This document shows, in pieces, positions 29,928 to 41,673 of a DNA stretch of 64,000 bases. The position numbers and the translations under genes were made by a program. The stretch covers positions 62,001 through 126,000 of the IMG/VR virus record IMGVR_UViG_3300044645_002359; one strand, given 5' to 3'. The first letter of the stretch is position 1; each line of letters opens with the position of its first letter. The notes below the pieces were generated by a model, which was given only the letters and a program-made list of their open reading frames with translations, did no database searches and was not told the origin of the DNA.

Positions 29928-31271
29928 ATGTCAAAAGAGAGTCAACCACAAAAAGACCCAATATTGCAATCGATCCGAATTGCCCTAGACGCCGTTAAAT
30001 CAGCAGGCAGCACAGGAAAGCCGGGTATCCCGCCTACAACAGGGACAAGGCTGATGGCTCTTCTATCCGTTGCAATGTTAAACACTTTGGCGTCCTTTGA
30101 CAGAAGTGTAAAGCCCTACTTCAAATCTAGCAAAGCACTTAATGGTGCAAATCAAAGTGCGGCCATCCTGGGAGCAGCCCAAAGGATTTTGTTGAGGGGA
30201 ATTCCCGGTGAATCGCGACTTATCTATTCTGAGTTTGCCAAGGCATTTCGGGGGTTGAAGCTCAAGTCGGTGAAAGACTTAATAAGTGTAAAATTCGGGG
30301 TTGAAATTGCCGACAAGGTGATAGCCTCAAGGTCGCAAGATGGGTCTGAAAATCAAACTCCGCTTAACAGCAACGGAAACCCTCAGGATTATTTATGGAA
30401 ACCCGCGACATCTGGCCCCACTGCTGGGATCGCACTTGGGGTTAATTGGGGCTCGGTTAAGCCGTGGGTCATTGGGAGTACCAGTGCGTACCAGACAGAT
30501 GGCTTGAATGCTAGGCCAGGCGCGAATTTAGAAGCATATGCCCAGCAATTAGCAGAAGTGAGGTTGTTCGGGGGCTTAAATGATACATCCCTCACCAAGA
30601 CTCAACGCACAGAGAACCAGACGCATATCGCTAAGTTCTGGGCCTATGACCGAGCTGATACGTTCCGCCCCTACGGACAACTCCTAGACATTGCCTCTGA
30701 GATAGCAGCAAACCAGAAAACAAGCACTCAGACCAATGCCAAATTGTTCGCAAGCTTGAGCATGGCAATGGCTGACTCCGTGATTTGTGCGTGGAACGAG
30801 AAGTACAAAGTCCTGCAACCACGACCCTATGACGTTATTACCGGGGCGTTTTCTGATAAGGATGGGACACCGATCACTGTTCGCGACTCCGAGTGGCAAT
30901 CTCTCTTGTCATCTATCAATGGTGTTCAATCGCCACCGTTTCCAGATTTCTTATCGGGGCACTCAGCCATGGGTGGAGCCTTCGCCAGCGTAATGACTCA
31001 CTTTTTCGGAGACAAGCTAGTCTTCTCGACCCAATCCCAGGATTTACCAGGTTTTACAAGAACTTTCGATGGTAGTATACCTGCAGGTTCTCTTGGTGAC
31101 ATTGGCCTTATCGTGAACTCACCAATATACCGCCCAAATAGCTTCTACGAAGCTGGAATTGAGGATGCTGTTAGCCGTGTGTATGGAGGAGTCCATGTAC
31201 GGGAAGCCTGCCTTGACTCCTTTAATCTGGGGGTCAAAGTCGGTATTGCGGCTGTCTTGTGGGGTCGGTAA
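29928..31271 (+). CDS. Vanadium-dependent haloperoxidase-like (PAP2 superfamily)
   Basis: KYKVLQPRP (KX6RP), PPFPDFLSGHS, SRVYGGVH. Confidence 0.85.
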   Translation: MSKESQPQKDPILQSIRIALDAVKSAGSTGKPGIPPTTGTRLMALLSVAMLNTLASFDRSVKPYFKSSKALNGANQSAAILGAAQRILLRGIPGESRLIYSEFAKAFRGLKLKSVKDLISVKFGVEIADKVIASRSQDGSENQTPLNSNGNPQDYLWKPATSGPTAGIALGVNWGSVKPWVIGSTSAYQTDGLNARPGANLEAYAQQLAEVRLFGGLNDTSLTKTQRTENQTHIAKFWAYDRADTFRPYGQLLDIASEIAANQKTSTQTNAKLFASLSMAMADSVICAWNEKYKVLQPRPYDVITGAFSDKDGTPITVRDSEWQSLLSSINGVQSPPFPDFLSGHSAMGGAFASVMTHFFGDKLVFSTQSQDLPGFTRTFDGSIPAGSLGDIGLIVNSPIYRPNSFYEAGIEDAVSRVYGGVHVREACLDSFNLGVKVGIAAVLWGR

Positions 31272-31335
31272 ACCGCCTAGAACAGTTCTGTTTCCACCCT
31301 TGTCTCCGAGTCCCGGAAGCGCTATAATTAGAGTA
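31266..31335 (+). promoter_or_regulatory. Operator-promoter module copy 6
   Basis: CGGTAAACCG; TTGTCT-17-TATAAT; short leader with GGGAG. Confidence 0.82.
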
Positions 31336-31350
31336 TAAAGGGAGAGATCA

Positions 31351-31983
31351 GTGGAAACCTGCACCAAATATCCCCGCACCTTGCACCTTCCGTGGTCCCT
31401 GAGCGTAACATCCGATGATAAGGTTGTGCCTTCGGTCGCTCATTTTAGGGGCCGCCAAGTGATTGTGACCGAAAAGATGGACGGAGAGAATACGACCATG
31501 TACCGCAACCATATTCATGCCAGAAGCCTGGATAGCAAAGGTGGTGAGGACAGGGCTTGGGTCAAGCAGTTTTGGGGGTCAATCCGAAATGAAATCCCTG
31601 AAGGGTGGCGAATCTGTGGTGAAAACCTATGGGCTTGCCATAGCGTCCAATACACCGATCTGAAATCATATTTCTATGGGTTTAGCATATGGGATAGCCA
31701 CAACATTGCCCTACCCTGGAGTGACACTTTAGAGTATTTTTCTATGCTCGGAATAAAACCTGTACCCGTTCTCTGGGGCGGTAAATGGAATGAACTCGCA
31801 ATCCGCAGTCTCTGCGATACCCTAAACCCAGATCAAACCGAAGGCTACGTCGTTCGCCTTGCTGACTCCTTTCATTACGATGATTTTGGTATGTCAGTGG
31901 CTAAGTTTGTTCGTGCCAACCATGTTCGTGCCAACAAGCACTGGCGGTCACAGCAATTTGTTGCCAATGGCCTAGCTGTCTGA
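31351..31983 (+). CDS. RNA ligase family protein
   Basis: KYPRT.HLPWS, TEKMDGEN, EGYVVR, AKFVR. Confidence 0.88.
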   Translation: METCTKYPRTLHLPWSLSVTSDDKVVPSVAHFRGRQVIVTEKMDGENTTMYRNHIHARSLDSKGGEDRAWVKQFWGSIRNEIPEGWRICGENLWACHSVQYTDLKSYFYGFSIWDSHNIALPWSDTLEYFSMLGIKPVPVLWGGKWNELAIRSLCDTLNPDQTEGYVVRLADSFHYDDFGMSVAKFVRANHVRANKHWRSQQFVANGLAV

Positions 31984-32023
31984 CCCTAACATCCTGATCT
32001 TCAAGTACAAAACCAAAACCAAA

Positions 32024-32548
32024 ATGGCAACCACATACAAACCACCCGCACCACTCCCGCCGAAATGGCAGGGCTACAGCGTTTTTCTCGCCGGATCCAT
32101 CGAAATGGGTGCTGCTCCTAATTGGCAAGCCGAGGTAGAACGCAACCTTGCCGGTCTTGACATCGATATCTTCAATCCTCGCCGCGACAACTGGGACCCA
32201 ACATGGATGCAAAGCGCAGACAATCCCCAGTTCCGTGAACAAGTCGAGTGGGAACTTGATACCCTAGATAGGGCCAACTTGGCCGTGATGTATTTAGTAC
32301 CGGGAACCCTGAGCCCGATATCGTTATTGGAACTTGGGATTTATGCTGCCAAGGAGAGAAATAAGCTGATTGTATGCTGCCCTGAAGGCTTCCACCGAAA
32401 GGGTAACGTTGACATTGTTTGCGAGCGATACGGCGTCAAGCAAGTTGCTTCCCTAGATGAGCTTACGGACGCTATTCGGACTCGGTATTCTGAGTGGCAA
32501 ATGATATGGGAAGAATGTGGGTTTGGCAACCGGGTGATCCATCTCTAA
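32024..32548 (+). CDS. Nucleoside 2-deoxyribosyltransferase-like protein
   Basis: VFLAGSIEMG..W, FNPRR, QVEWE, SPISLLELG. Confidence 0.85.
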   Translation: MATTYKPPAPLPPKWQGYSVFLAGSIEMGAAPNWQAEVERNLAGLDIDIFNPRRDNWDPTWMQSADNPQFREQVEWELDTLDRANLAVMYLVPGTLSPISLLELGIYAAKERNKLIVCCPEGFHRKGNVDIVCERYGVKQVASLDELTDAIRTRYSEWQMIWEECGFGNRVIHL

Positions 32549-32944
32549 ATAAATGACAACTCCATTCAACCAACCACCCCATCTCCCTGACTTCGATGAT
32601 ATGGACCCTGACGGGTGCATTGAAATCCTACTGGGCGAAGACGAGGATGGCTATCAACATCTGGACTATCAGCATGTGAGCCACTATAGGGACGATTGTA
32701 CCAAACTAGGTAGGACTCGACCCTGGAGACGAACCAAAGAATGGACTCCCAAAAATCCGGAGTACACCGATGCTGATTTCGCCTGGGCATTGAGCCGGGT
32801 CTTGAAAAACATTAGAACCACCTACGACCTAAAGAGTCTCAAAATTGGACTTACCGATGAGGAGTGTGGCCGCATTATGCTTATGAGAGAACAAGCTAAT
32901 AAGAAGTCTTCCACCCAAGCTAACTAACCTGAACGTCAAAGGGT

Positions 32945-32993
32945 CGGTAAACCGCCCTATACACCCAGGCAGGAACACCCTATAATACACTGA
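32945..32993 (+). promoter_or_regulatory. Short variant of operator-promoter
   Basis: CGGTAAACCG-ccc-TATACA-17-TATAAT. Confidence 0.7.
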
Positions 32994-33008
32994 GACCCAA
33001 CCATAAAA

Positions 33009-33491
33009 ATGCAAACCCCGAGCAAAATGCAAAAAGGCGAACAGCTAAACAAGATGCTGGTTCTGGCAACCAATGCCCATGCCGGTCAGTATGACAAAGG
33101 CGGAAACCCCTACATCCTTCACCCGCTGAAGGTAATGTATTTCCTAAAATCAGACGACGAAGACCTCCAGTGCATTGCGCTTGGTCACGACATTATCGAA
33201 GATACCAAGGTGACGTATGCGGATCTCCGAGAGCAAGGATTCACCCATCGGGTAATCGAAGGCATCCGCGCCCTTACTAAGCTTCCGGGGGAAACCTACG
33301 ATGAATACAAGCACCGAGTCTTTGCCAATGAGGATGCAATGAGGGTGAAACTCTGCGACCTCCGACATAACACCGATGTGCGCCGCCTCAAAGGTGTAAC
33401 CGAGAAGGATATTGCTCGAATGGCGAAGTACCATGTTTTCTACATGGAGATTATGGCTAGACTACAGGATATTGACGGAGGTGAATTTTGA
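33009..33491 (+). CDS. HD-domain small alarmone hydrolase-like protein
   Basis: HAGQYDKGGNPYILHP, HDIIEDT, VKLCDLRHN. Confidence 0.85.
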   Translation: MQTPSKMQKGEQLNKMLVLATNAHAGQYDKGGNPYILHPLKVMYFLKSDDEDLQCIALGHDIIEDTKVTYADLREQGFTHRVIEGIRALTKLPGETYDEYKHRVFANEDAMRVKLCDLRHNTDVRRLKGVTEKDIARMAKYHVFYMEIMARLQDIDGGEF

Positions 33492-35640
33492 TGGAATTTC
33501 AAGCCCCCAAAAAGCCAGAATGTTACAGTCCGGGCCGAACCAAATCTTTTCAGGAAATTGCTGAGAACGACTGCTTTACGTGTCCTGAAAGAGTAACTTG
33601 CCTAGAGTTTGTTGCTGAAGTTAGGGGAATAGATGCCACCGATGCGTCAACCAGTCACCGTCCCCCACCACTCCCCACCACAGACCAAATCATTGCGTTG
33701 GCTGTTTCAACGGACTTAGTCTACGAAAATTCTTACGGGGGCGCTTGTTCTCCCTATGTTGAAGATACCGACATTCGGGACATCGTAGTGGATTTTGCCA
33801 CCAAACTCCTACACACTTACGGCAACCTGCCATGACTGATTCCCCAAAGCCCAAACTAACTCACATCAAGCCTGTCAAGGAGTACAAGATACTCGATTGC
33901 TTACTCCCTTTTCGTTACTTGTATCAGAATACTTTAGAGGAACTGAACGCACAGCTTAACGAGTTCAAGGAAAAACTTGACCAATTTAAGGAAGATGGTT
34001 GGGAGGGCATCATGGAAGCCTACGAAGAAGGCCACCCTGTGATCCATCTTTATAAAACCCACCTAGTAGAGGATGAAGAATACGATAAGGCAATTACTGC
34101 CGCCCTACAAAATAAGCCTAGTTGGGATGATTTAGAAGAAGAGGTGATGGCCATCGGACTTCCCCTCTGGGAATGTGACTACCAATATGAATGGACGTAT
34201 TTCTACCACACTGACCCCGACAATTGCGTTTTCGTTGAGAACAGGCCCCGAAACCAATGACGACTGAAAAAGAAGCCCAACGACTGCTTGAAAGTAGAGA
34301 AGAATGAACTTTTTTAATAAAATCACCAACTTTCTGTTTCCTAAAAAAGAACCAATAAAATTCTCACTCACAGACAAAGAAACAGGAGATCTAGTGCTTA
34401 ATTTGCTCACTAATTGTAGAGTCGAATATATTACAGGGTATCTTTTAGGTTACTATCTTTCTGGCAGCAATAAAAATGAAATAGAGCAGAAAATCAAAAC
34501 ATTACGGGAAGCCATCGTTAAGTCTCAAGAAAGGGAAAACTCATTGATGGAAGACAATGGAAACTAGATTCGACGTAATTATGCCACTCGACCTTGCTCA
34601 GGACATGCAAGACCTTGTTGAACAAACGGGCCATTCCCGTGGTGAAATCTTCCGCCGTGCCATGGCTCTCTATAAGAAAGCAATAGATACCCGTAGGCAA
34701 GGGGGCAATGTGATTCTTCGCGATTCGGGCGGCACCTTGCGTGATGTTGTGGGGTTAGGGATATGACTGTAATTGGTAAAGAACCCGTAGAAATCCTACT
34801 CAGAGTCCTGCTAGCAGGCAACACCGTGACTGACGTTAGTGGGGAGGAATATGGTATGGATGAGGACGGGCACATTCTAATTAAGGCCCAGAGGTTCTAT
34901 GCCGGGTCTGCCTGTGTGGATCCAGAAGTATTCTGGATGAGGGTACCGTGCGATGTGTCCGAACTGAAAATAATCGCTGACAGAATTGGCCGCGATGCCC
35001 TTTGGTTGAAAGCTTGTGAAATCTCGATGGGGTCCCTAATATGAGGAGTTCTGGAGAGGATTGGCTCGAACCCCCTCGACAAAGCATAGAACGTATTCGC
35101 AAAAAGAATGCCGCCATAAGGGAAGAGACTGAAAGGATAAGGGAAGATACTGAAAAGCTCCGCCAACAAAATGCCTCTTTGAAATCATTGACAGAGTTAC
35201 AAGAAAAACTCAAACGAATTGTTGAAGCATCCATTATCAAATCAACCCTCATGGACGACGAACAACTATTGGAACAAGTGTCTTATGGCTTAGACCTCAT
35301 TAAGAACCAGATGCGACAAAATAAGGAAACTTTAGTCACCAACGAAAAATATCTTAGAGAAATCCAGGAGTCATCTCACCTAGTCGCAAAGGAAGACCTA
35401 TTCGATACCCAAGCTGCATCGTCCTATTTGGGAATAACCAACCCAGACACAATCCGCAATTGGTTAGAAGGCGGCAGCTTCCCCGGAGCATTCCAGTCTA
35501 GGGGGCAATGGTTTTTCCCTGTGGTGGAATTGAACAAGGTGAAGCATCGGATAGATGAAATCCAAACAAAAAACAAGAACAGAGACCTTCAACCTCCTGA
35601 TCCAAGTGATGACTATGATCTCTGGGCAGTCTATGACTGA
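33488..35640 (+). CDS. Hypotheticals incl. RHH protein 34557-34766 and coiled-coil+HTH 35041-35640
   Basis: RFDV..P..L...L...TG.SRGEIFRRA; AASYLGI..TIRNWL. Confidence 0.55.
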
Positions 35641-35839
35641 GGCAGAGTCCACAACCACACTCAAACCATGTCCCTATTGCGGAAGTATAAACCTTAGAGG
35701 CACACACTGCACCGACTATCACGGAGATACTTACGCTCCAACATGGCAGGTAGAGTGTGAAGACTGCCCCGCCAGCATGGAAGTTGCAGGAGATACACCA
35801 GAACCGCTGATTGGAGCCTGGAATCGCCGCCCAAACTAA
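35633..35839 (+). CDS. Lar-like restriction alleviation zinc ribbon
   Basis: LKPCPYCG...CEDC...AWNRR. Confidence 0.7.
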   Translation: MTEAESTTTLKPCPYCGSINLRGTHCTDYHGDTYAPTWQVECEDCPASMEVAGDTPEPLIGAWNRRPN

Positions 35840-36145
35840 ATACATTCCACCTCCCAATGACTGACTTAGAACTTGCCCAAGACCCTAAAACTGAAACACC
35901 CGGCCACTCCGAAAGGAAACGTATTTGCAATCTAGCAACAGCTCAGGCCAAAACCACCTTAAAGCGAGGTGACAGACTGAGAGTAACCAAATGTCCTGGC
36001 ACCAAACGATGGATCACCTTTGAGCGCTGGGACGGGGACTGGATCGTGTCTAAATCAGGAATTAACGACTATCATGCGATTAATATTGATATGGTAAACG
36101 ACAAAGCTATTAACTTTCCCACCGAATTCCTACCGAAGCCCAACA

Positions 36146-37225
36146 ATGACAACAATCCTATACCACCCATTCTCCAAGCTCCACAACCCAACTTACAACC
36201 ACCCGGACAACCCTGCTCGAATTGATGCAATTCTAGAAGCAATCAAGCCGTACCGCACTCAGCGGCCACTGCGCCCAGCCACCTTCGAGGAAATTGCCAC
36301 AGTTCATACGCCAGATTACATCCGCAGCGTCCTCAAACAGCAAGGCCAGAAAGGATCCGCAGGACCCGGAGCACTATTAACTGAACATTCAGTCGATGCT
36401 GCCTTGTGGAGTGCTGGGGCTGCGATTGAAGCTGCCGATGTGGCCATGGGTGAAGATGCCGCCGTAGCACTATGCCGTCCTGCAGGCCATCACGCCCGCC
36501 CCCATACAGGGATGGGTTTTTGCGTATTTAACAACGTTGCCATCGCTGCAGCCCACTGCCTGGCCAAAGGGGCGGAAAGAGTCTTCATCCTGGATTGGGA
36601 TGTCCACCATGGTAATGGCACCCAGGAGATTTTCTACGAGAGCGACAAAGTGTTTTTCTTCTCAATTCATCAGAAGTCGGCTTACCCTTCTTCAGGAACA
36701 AGCGAAGAAATGGGGGATGGGGCCGGACTTGGCTTCAATCGTAACATTGTCTTGGAAGAAGAATCCGACGATAACGATTACCTATTTTGCATCAAGGAAA
36801 TTGTGGTTCCAGTCATTCGAGACTTCGACCCCCAAGTCATCCTAATATCGGCCGGATTTGACGCGCATAGGGATGACCCTCTGTCCAATATGGCAATGAC
36901 GAGTTCCGGTTATGGGGAAATGACTCAGCAAATCTGGGAAATTGCCCAAGAGTTAGATATTGGCTTAGCCCTGATTCTAGAGGGCGGTTACTCAATACAT
37001 TCCCTCGGTGGCTGCATTGCAAGTTGCCTCGATGCCCTGCCAGAACCTACCCTATTTGGGGAGGAAACTACGGGGCCAGACCCCGCCCTCCTAGAGTCAA
37101 TGGCAATGCGATACCGCCACGATTTCGGATTGCTTGACTCTAAGCACCAAGCTGCTATACTAGTAACGATGCGGCAGCTTTGGGAAGAGGTTGCTGGCGT
37201 CGGATTTTATCGGCCCCTTAGTTAA
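36146..37225 (+). CDS. Zn-dependent histone-deacetylase-family enzyme with extra C-terminal segment
   Basis: HPDNPARI, RPAGHHA, GFCVFNN, DWDVHHGNGTQ, SAGFDAH.DDPL, LEGGY. Confidence 0.93.
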   Translation: MTTILYHPFSKLHNPTYNHPDNPARIDAILEAIKPYRTQRPLRPATFEEIATVHTPDYIRSVLKQQGQKGSAGPGALLTEHSVDAALWSAGAAIEAADVAMGEDAAVALCRPAGHHARPHTGMGFCVFNNVAIAAAHCLAKGAERVFILDWDVHHGNGTQEIFYESDKVFFFSIHQKSAYPSSGTSEEMGDGAGLGFNRNIVLEEESDDNDYLFCIKEIVVPVIRDFDPQVILISAGFDAHRDDPLSNMAMTSSGYGEMTQQIWEIAQELDIGLALILEGGYSIHSLGGCIASCLDALPEPTLFGEETTGPDPALLESMAMRYRHDFGLLDSKHQAAILVTMRQLWEEVAGVGFYRPLS

Positions 37226-38768
37226 TTGCCACCCTATAGGACACCCTACAACCTCACCCACAACAAGATGCAAATCACCACCTCGCACACCCTTAAATCC
37301 AAAGCAGTACGAATAGTTTTTCATTATGACTGGGATGAATTTGTAGAAGAAGTCTATGGGAAGACATATAGTGTCCAGGCACAGCCTGATCAGAGATTTA
37401 CAAAAATGCAGTACATCACTGTACCCCTAGAGGAAGTGGAAGAGTATAAAAATACAGAAATTACATTCGAGCCTTTTCCTCTCCGATTTGGGGTTAAGTT
37501 TGAAACTTGGAAGAATACAACACCAGAAGAAACCCTGAAACACTTTGAATTTGACTGGGATAATGATTATTTTTGGGCACATGGATTTTTTCCGCATATC
37601 CAAATGATTGCCAATGACCTGTACGCTAATGGTCTTTTGGAAGCTGGTGAGTACGTTATTGTGCATGTTGATAGGACATACTGCCAAAATACCGATTAAA
37701 TCTTTTGACTTAGAAATTAACTTATCCCCAACCAAACATCACAATGCAAACCGCCACCTTATACACCCTTCGATCTAAAGTCATTCCGGTGTACCATCAC
37801 GAAAGCGTGAGATATATGACTGAAGAAGTGTCTCCTCTCCGGGTTGAAGGGGGGCCACCCTTGTATATTCCATCGTATTTAAAAGAGACCTACCTGCCTT
37901 TGCACCATGTGTGTAAATCGTTTAGAGTGTCTAGGGGATGCTCTGAAATTTCACCTCCGGGACTGTGGCAACGGTATGACTCTGAGAAAGATTGGAAGAC
38001 CGGGGACGATATAAATACCTACCACCACCTGTTCGCCGTCGAACCTGAACTAGAGGGTATCCTGTGGCACGTATTTAATGGAGAAAAAGTTGCAGGAAAA
38101 ATCTCAAAGTTAGAGCATGAGAATAGGGTAGGGACGGATAAACTTAATAAATGCCATGCGGATCTTACCGAAGCCAAGAACAAAAACGCGGAATTGCAAA
38201 GAGAATTAGTCTTAACCCGCAAAGACTACCTTCAACTTGGGTCAAGTGTTGATTATTTCCGCAGGTGCAATGTCTTTAGGAGGCTATGGGTTGCGTTCCG
38301 TAACGAACTTACACCATTTATTGCTAAGGACATTAACCCGCAATAAAGATGAATAATGCCGCCGATAAAACCACAAGATGCAACACCGAACAAGAGTCAT
38401 GGTCATGCCCGAACATGCTAGAAACAGGGTCCGACTTTAATTGCGAGTACTACAGGTGCAAGCTATGCGACCGTAGAATGACCCTATATTATGATGATAT
38501 GCGATGAGTACCTCTTTGAAACCGATGAATAACAACGAAGACCAGGTAAAAAAGCAACCGATAGTCATGTCTCTCCAGGAAATTATGGACGCTAGGGGAC
38601 CGGGCTCCCTATACCAGGCTGCACTCGATATGGAAGCGGAGTTCTTAGCCTTTTGGTACGACACTCACGCAGAAGAACCAACCCGAAAAGACTTGAGGGC
38701 TTGGTGTTGGAACAACCTTCGAAAAGAACACCTAGAAAAGTGCTTAATGCACCCAATCGTATAAAACC

Positions 38769-41673
38769 ATGAAATCACATAACCAACACACTATCGAACC
38801 ACCATCGCAAGACCTAGTTAGAAAGTGGATAGAAGATTGGGGAGGAGGCCAAATGAAAGGTCCTGTAACTGAAGATCTTGTAGAAATCGCAACCCAAGCA
38901 GCCCGCTGGGGTGCAGACCAGGAACTGGACGCTTGTTGCGAGTGGCTTCAAGATCCGGATCTCAATGTTGATACCTACAAACTTCGCACCGACCGCCGCC
39001 CTAAGCCGCCGAGCCTGAAAGAAGAGGCACTAGCTGAGTTGAGGGATCTAACTGAAAAGGCCCGAAAACGTAATTTCGCCGGTTTTGACCCTGAAACCAT
39101 TCGCCGCGCACTAGAGGCACTACCCAATGACTGATAAACACCCGATTACCCCTCCCGCCACTCTTGTGGCAGAATGGGCCAGCGAAAGCCTGGCCACTCA
39201 ATCTCTATGCACCAAGGCTGCCCGATGGGGCGCCGACCAGGAGCTGGAGGCGTGTCTTGAAGTTATTGCTGAAGAGTATCCTGGTGCTACTTGCGATGGT
39301 AAAAAATATAATAGTGCAATTTATGAGTTGGTATGCGATGCCCGCCGACCCAAACCTCCGAGCTTGAAAGAGCAAGCGTTAGAAGGATTAGACAAAGTTG
39401 GAAGCTTTACGCTTGGCGAATGTGAAGGATGCAGTCATTATAGTAAATACAAAACTTATGTTGACAACATCCGCCGCGCACTGGAAACCCTGCCCGAGGG
39501 TGCCCAATGAATGACCCCTGGATTGACTATTTGGGCGATGGTGTATATGCCCAGTTTGACGGATATGCCGTCTCACTAATGGTAAATGACCACCGCAATG
39601 AGCCCGTAGTTGTGCTAGAGCCAAGTGTGCTCGAAGCACTTAATGACTTTTACAATAAAGCAGTGAGCCAGTATGCCTAAATTATCCCCCGCTGCTCAGG
39701 CAGTATTAGATGCCTATTGGACCGAGGCTGATCGCCTGGGCCGCGATGCCGACAACTCAGAATTGATTGCCGCTGTCCTTCGAGCCGTTGCTGATGAAGT
39801 GACCCCGCACATGTTTCTCAAACCACAAGAGAATCTTGAGAGCAAGAGAGAAGCTATGGTTTGGGGTATGGACCAACAAACTCAACTTACACGGCAAAAA
39901 ATCCGTTCCATCGCTTCTGAATTGGGAGACTACAATGTGTAAACCATCACAAGGCTACTACGGTTCAAATAACGCGCTAAGTCCTGCTGCCCAAGCGGTA
40001 CTTGATGCCTGGTCTGCAGACGAAGGTAGAGTCTACTTACTGGGCGATCCTGAACGTCTCGCTGTTGCCCTCCGCACCGCCGCTAGTGAGGTAGTTGAAG
40101 AATTCACACCGGGTCAGTCAACTTGGGGAGAAGGATACTATGAAGGGGCATGTAAGTTTAACGAACATCTTAAAGCAATTGCCTCTGAACTTGAGGGCCT
40201 CAACTAATGAAGAAACCCCAGAGGAATAAATGACCCAACCTCAACCCCGCCGCGATCCCCGCGACGGCAGCTACTACTTCGAGCTGGAAAATCCCTTTCC
40301 CGGCGGTGGAACATTCAGTCGAATTGAAATCTATCAGTACGACGACTACGAGTGGTTTTGGCGGGACTACATGGACCATTACTTGGGCCCATACCCTTCA
40401 CGCAAGATTGCTGAGGCGGATGCTCGTGCCACTTATGAACAAGGGTGGAAATTGCCATCGAACTTTAATCCCAAACTTAACCCCATGTCAAATCTCTCAC
40501 CAACAACCCAAGCCGCATGGGACGCCTTTAATGATGTAGCTGAAAAGGTTGGCGTCTTTGATGATTACGGCAATGCCCTCGCTGCGTTTCTCAGGGTCGT
40601 TGCTGACGAAGTAGTTCCTTTTGAGACCGAAGAAATCCAAGGTTGCTGGTACGAGAAGAGAAATCCAATCCGAGAATCGATCCTTGCAATCGCAACCGAA
40701 CTTGAAACCCCCAATAACAACAACCAATGACCGCCAAACTTGAATTCACCATTGAACCTGAAGTAATTGAATACTTTTGGGGTACTACGGCAAACTATAA
40801 AACATTTGCTAATTCTATTGCAAAAATGATGGTTTCTAGTACCAACGAGAAAATATCAAACCAGTGGGCAGAAGCACTCACAAATTTCATTAACGAAATT
40901 GGAGGTGACGGCCCTTCTCTTTGGCAGTGGAGAGGAATTACTCCAACTCCAGAAAAGATTGTAGAATATCTCCGAGAGTATATCCAGTACCTTGAGCAAA
41001 GTGCTGCCGATGGTGAACTAAATGCCTGTTGTAACGTTATGGAAATAAATGGAGCGTATGTATCTGGGAATGTTCTTCGTGCTATTCGGCGCCCAAAGTC
41101 CCCAACTCTAGACGAGTTGGCTCTACAATTCCTGGGCACTATCGAAAAAGACGGTAGATACTTGCCCGAAATCACAGATACAATTCGCAAGGCTTTGACT
41201 GCTAAATGTAACTCACCGGAATCACAATGACTACCTACGATATCTTGCTAACGGTTGGCCTACTGGTCACCATGGTTACAGTTTATCTATTGTATGGCCG
41301 ACAATTACAAATCATCAAAAAACTACGCTCCTTCGGTCCAACAATCGCCCCGAATCCCTACGCCCCTAAGGAACGAAGATTCTCCGAAAACTTAAAAGAA
41401 ATCCGGGAAATGAGAAAAATGCTCGAACTAGAAAGAAAACTCAGAGAAGCTGACATCAGGATCGAAGCCAATATGGCAAGGATTGGGGAAATTCTGGGGG
41501 ACACCCGTGAAACTTTAGAAACCCTACAAGGCAAAGGGGCGCTGGGCCCAACACGCCAACAAGCCCTAACTGCTCTGAACGCAATTGCATCCGGTGCAAA
41601 TGACATCCGCGAACAGTACCAGGACATTGAAACAATCAGAGACGCTCTGAACCGGCTGCCTGCCGATATCTAA
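38769..41673 (+). repeat. Paralog family A (ARWGADQELxAC...RRPKPPSLKE.AL...IRRALE.LP)
   Basis: 38769, 39127, 40727, partial 41227. Confidence 0.8.
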
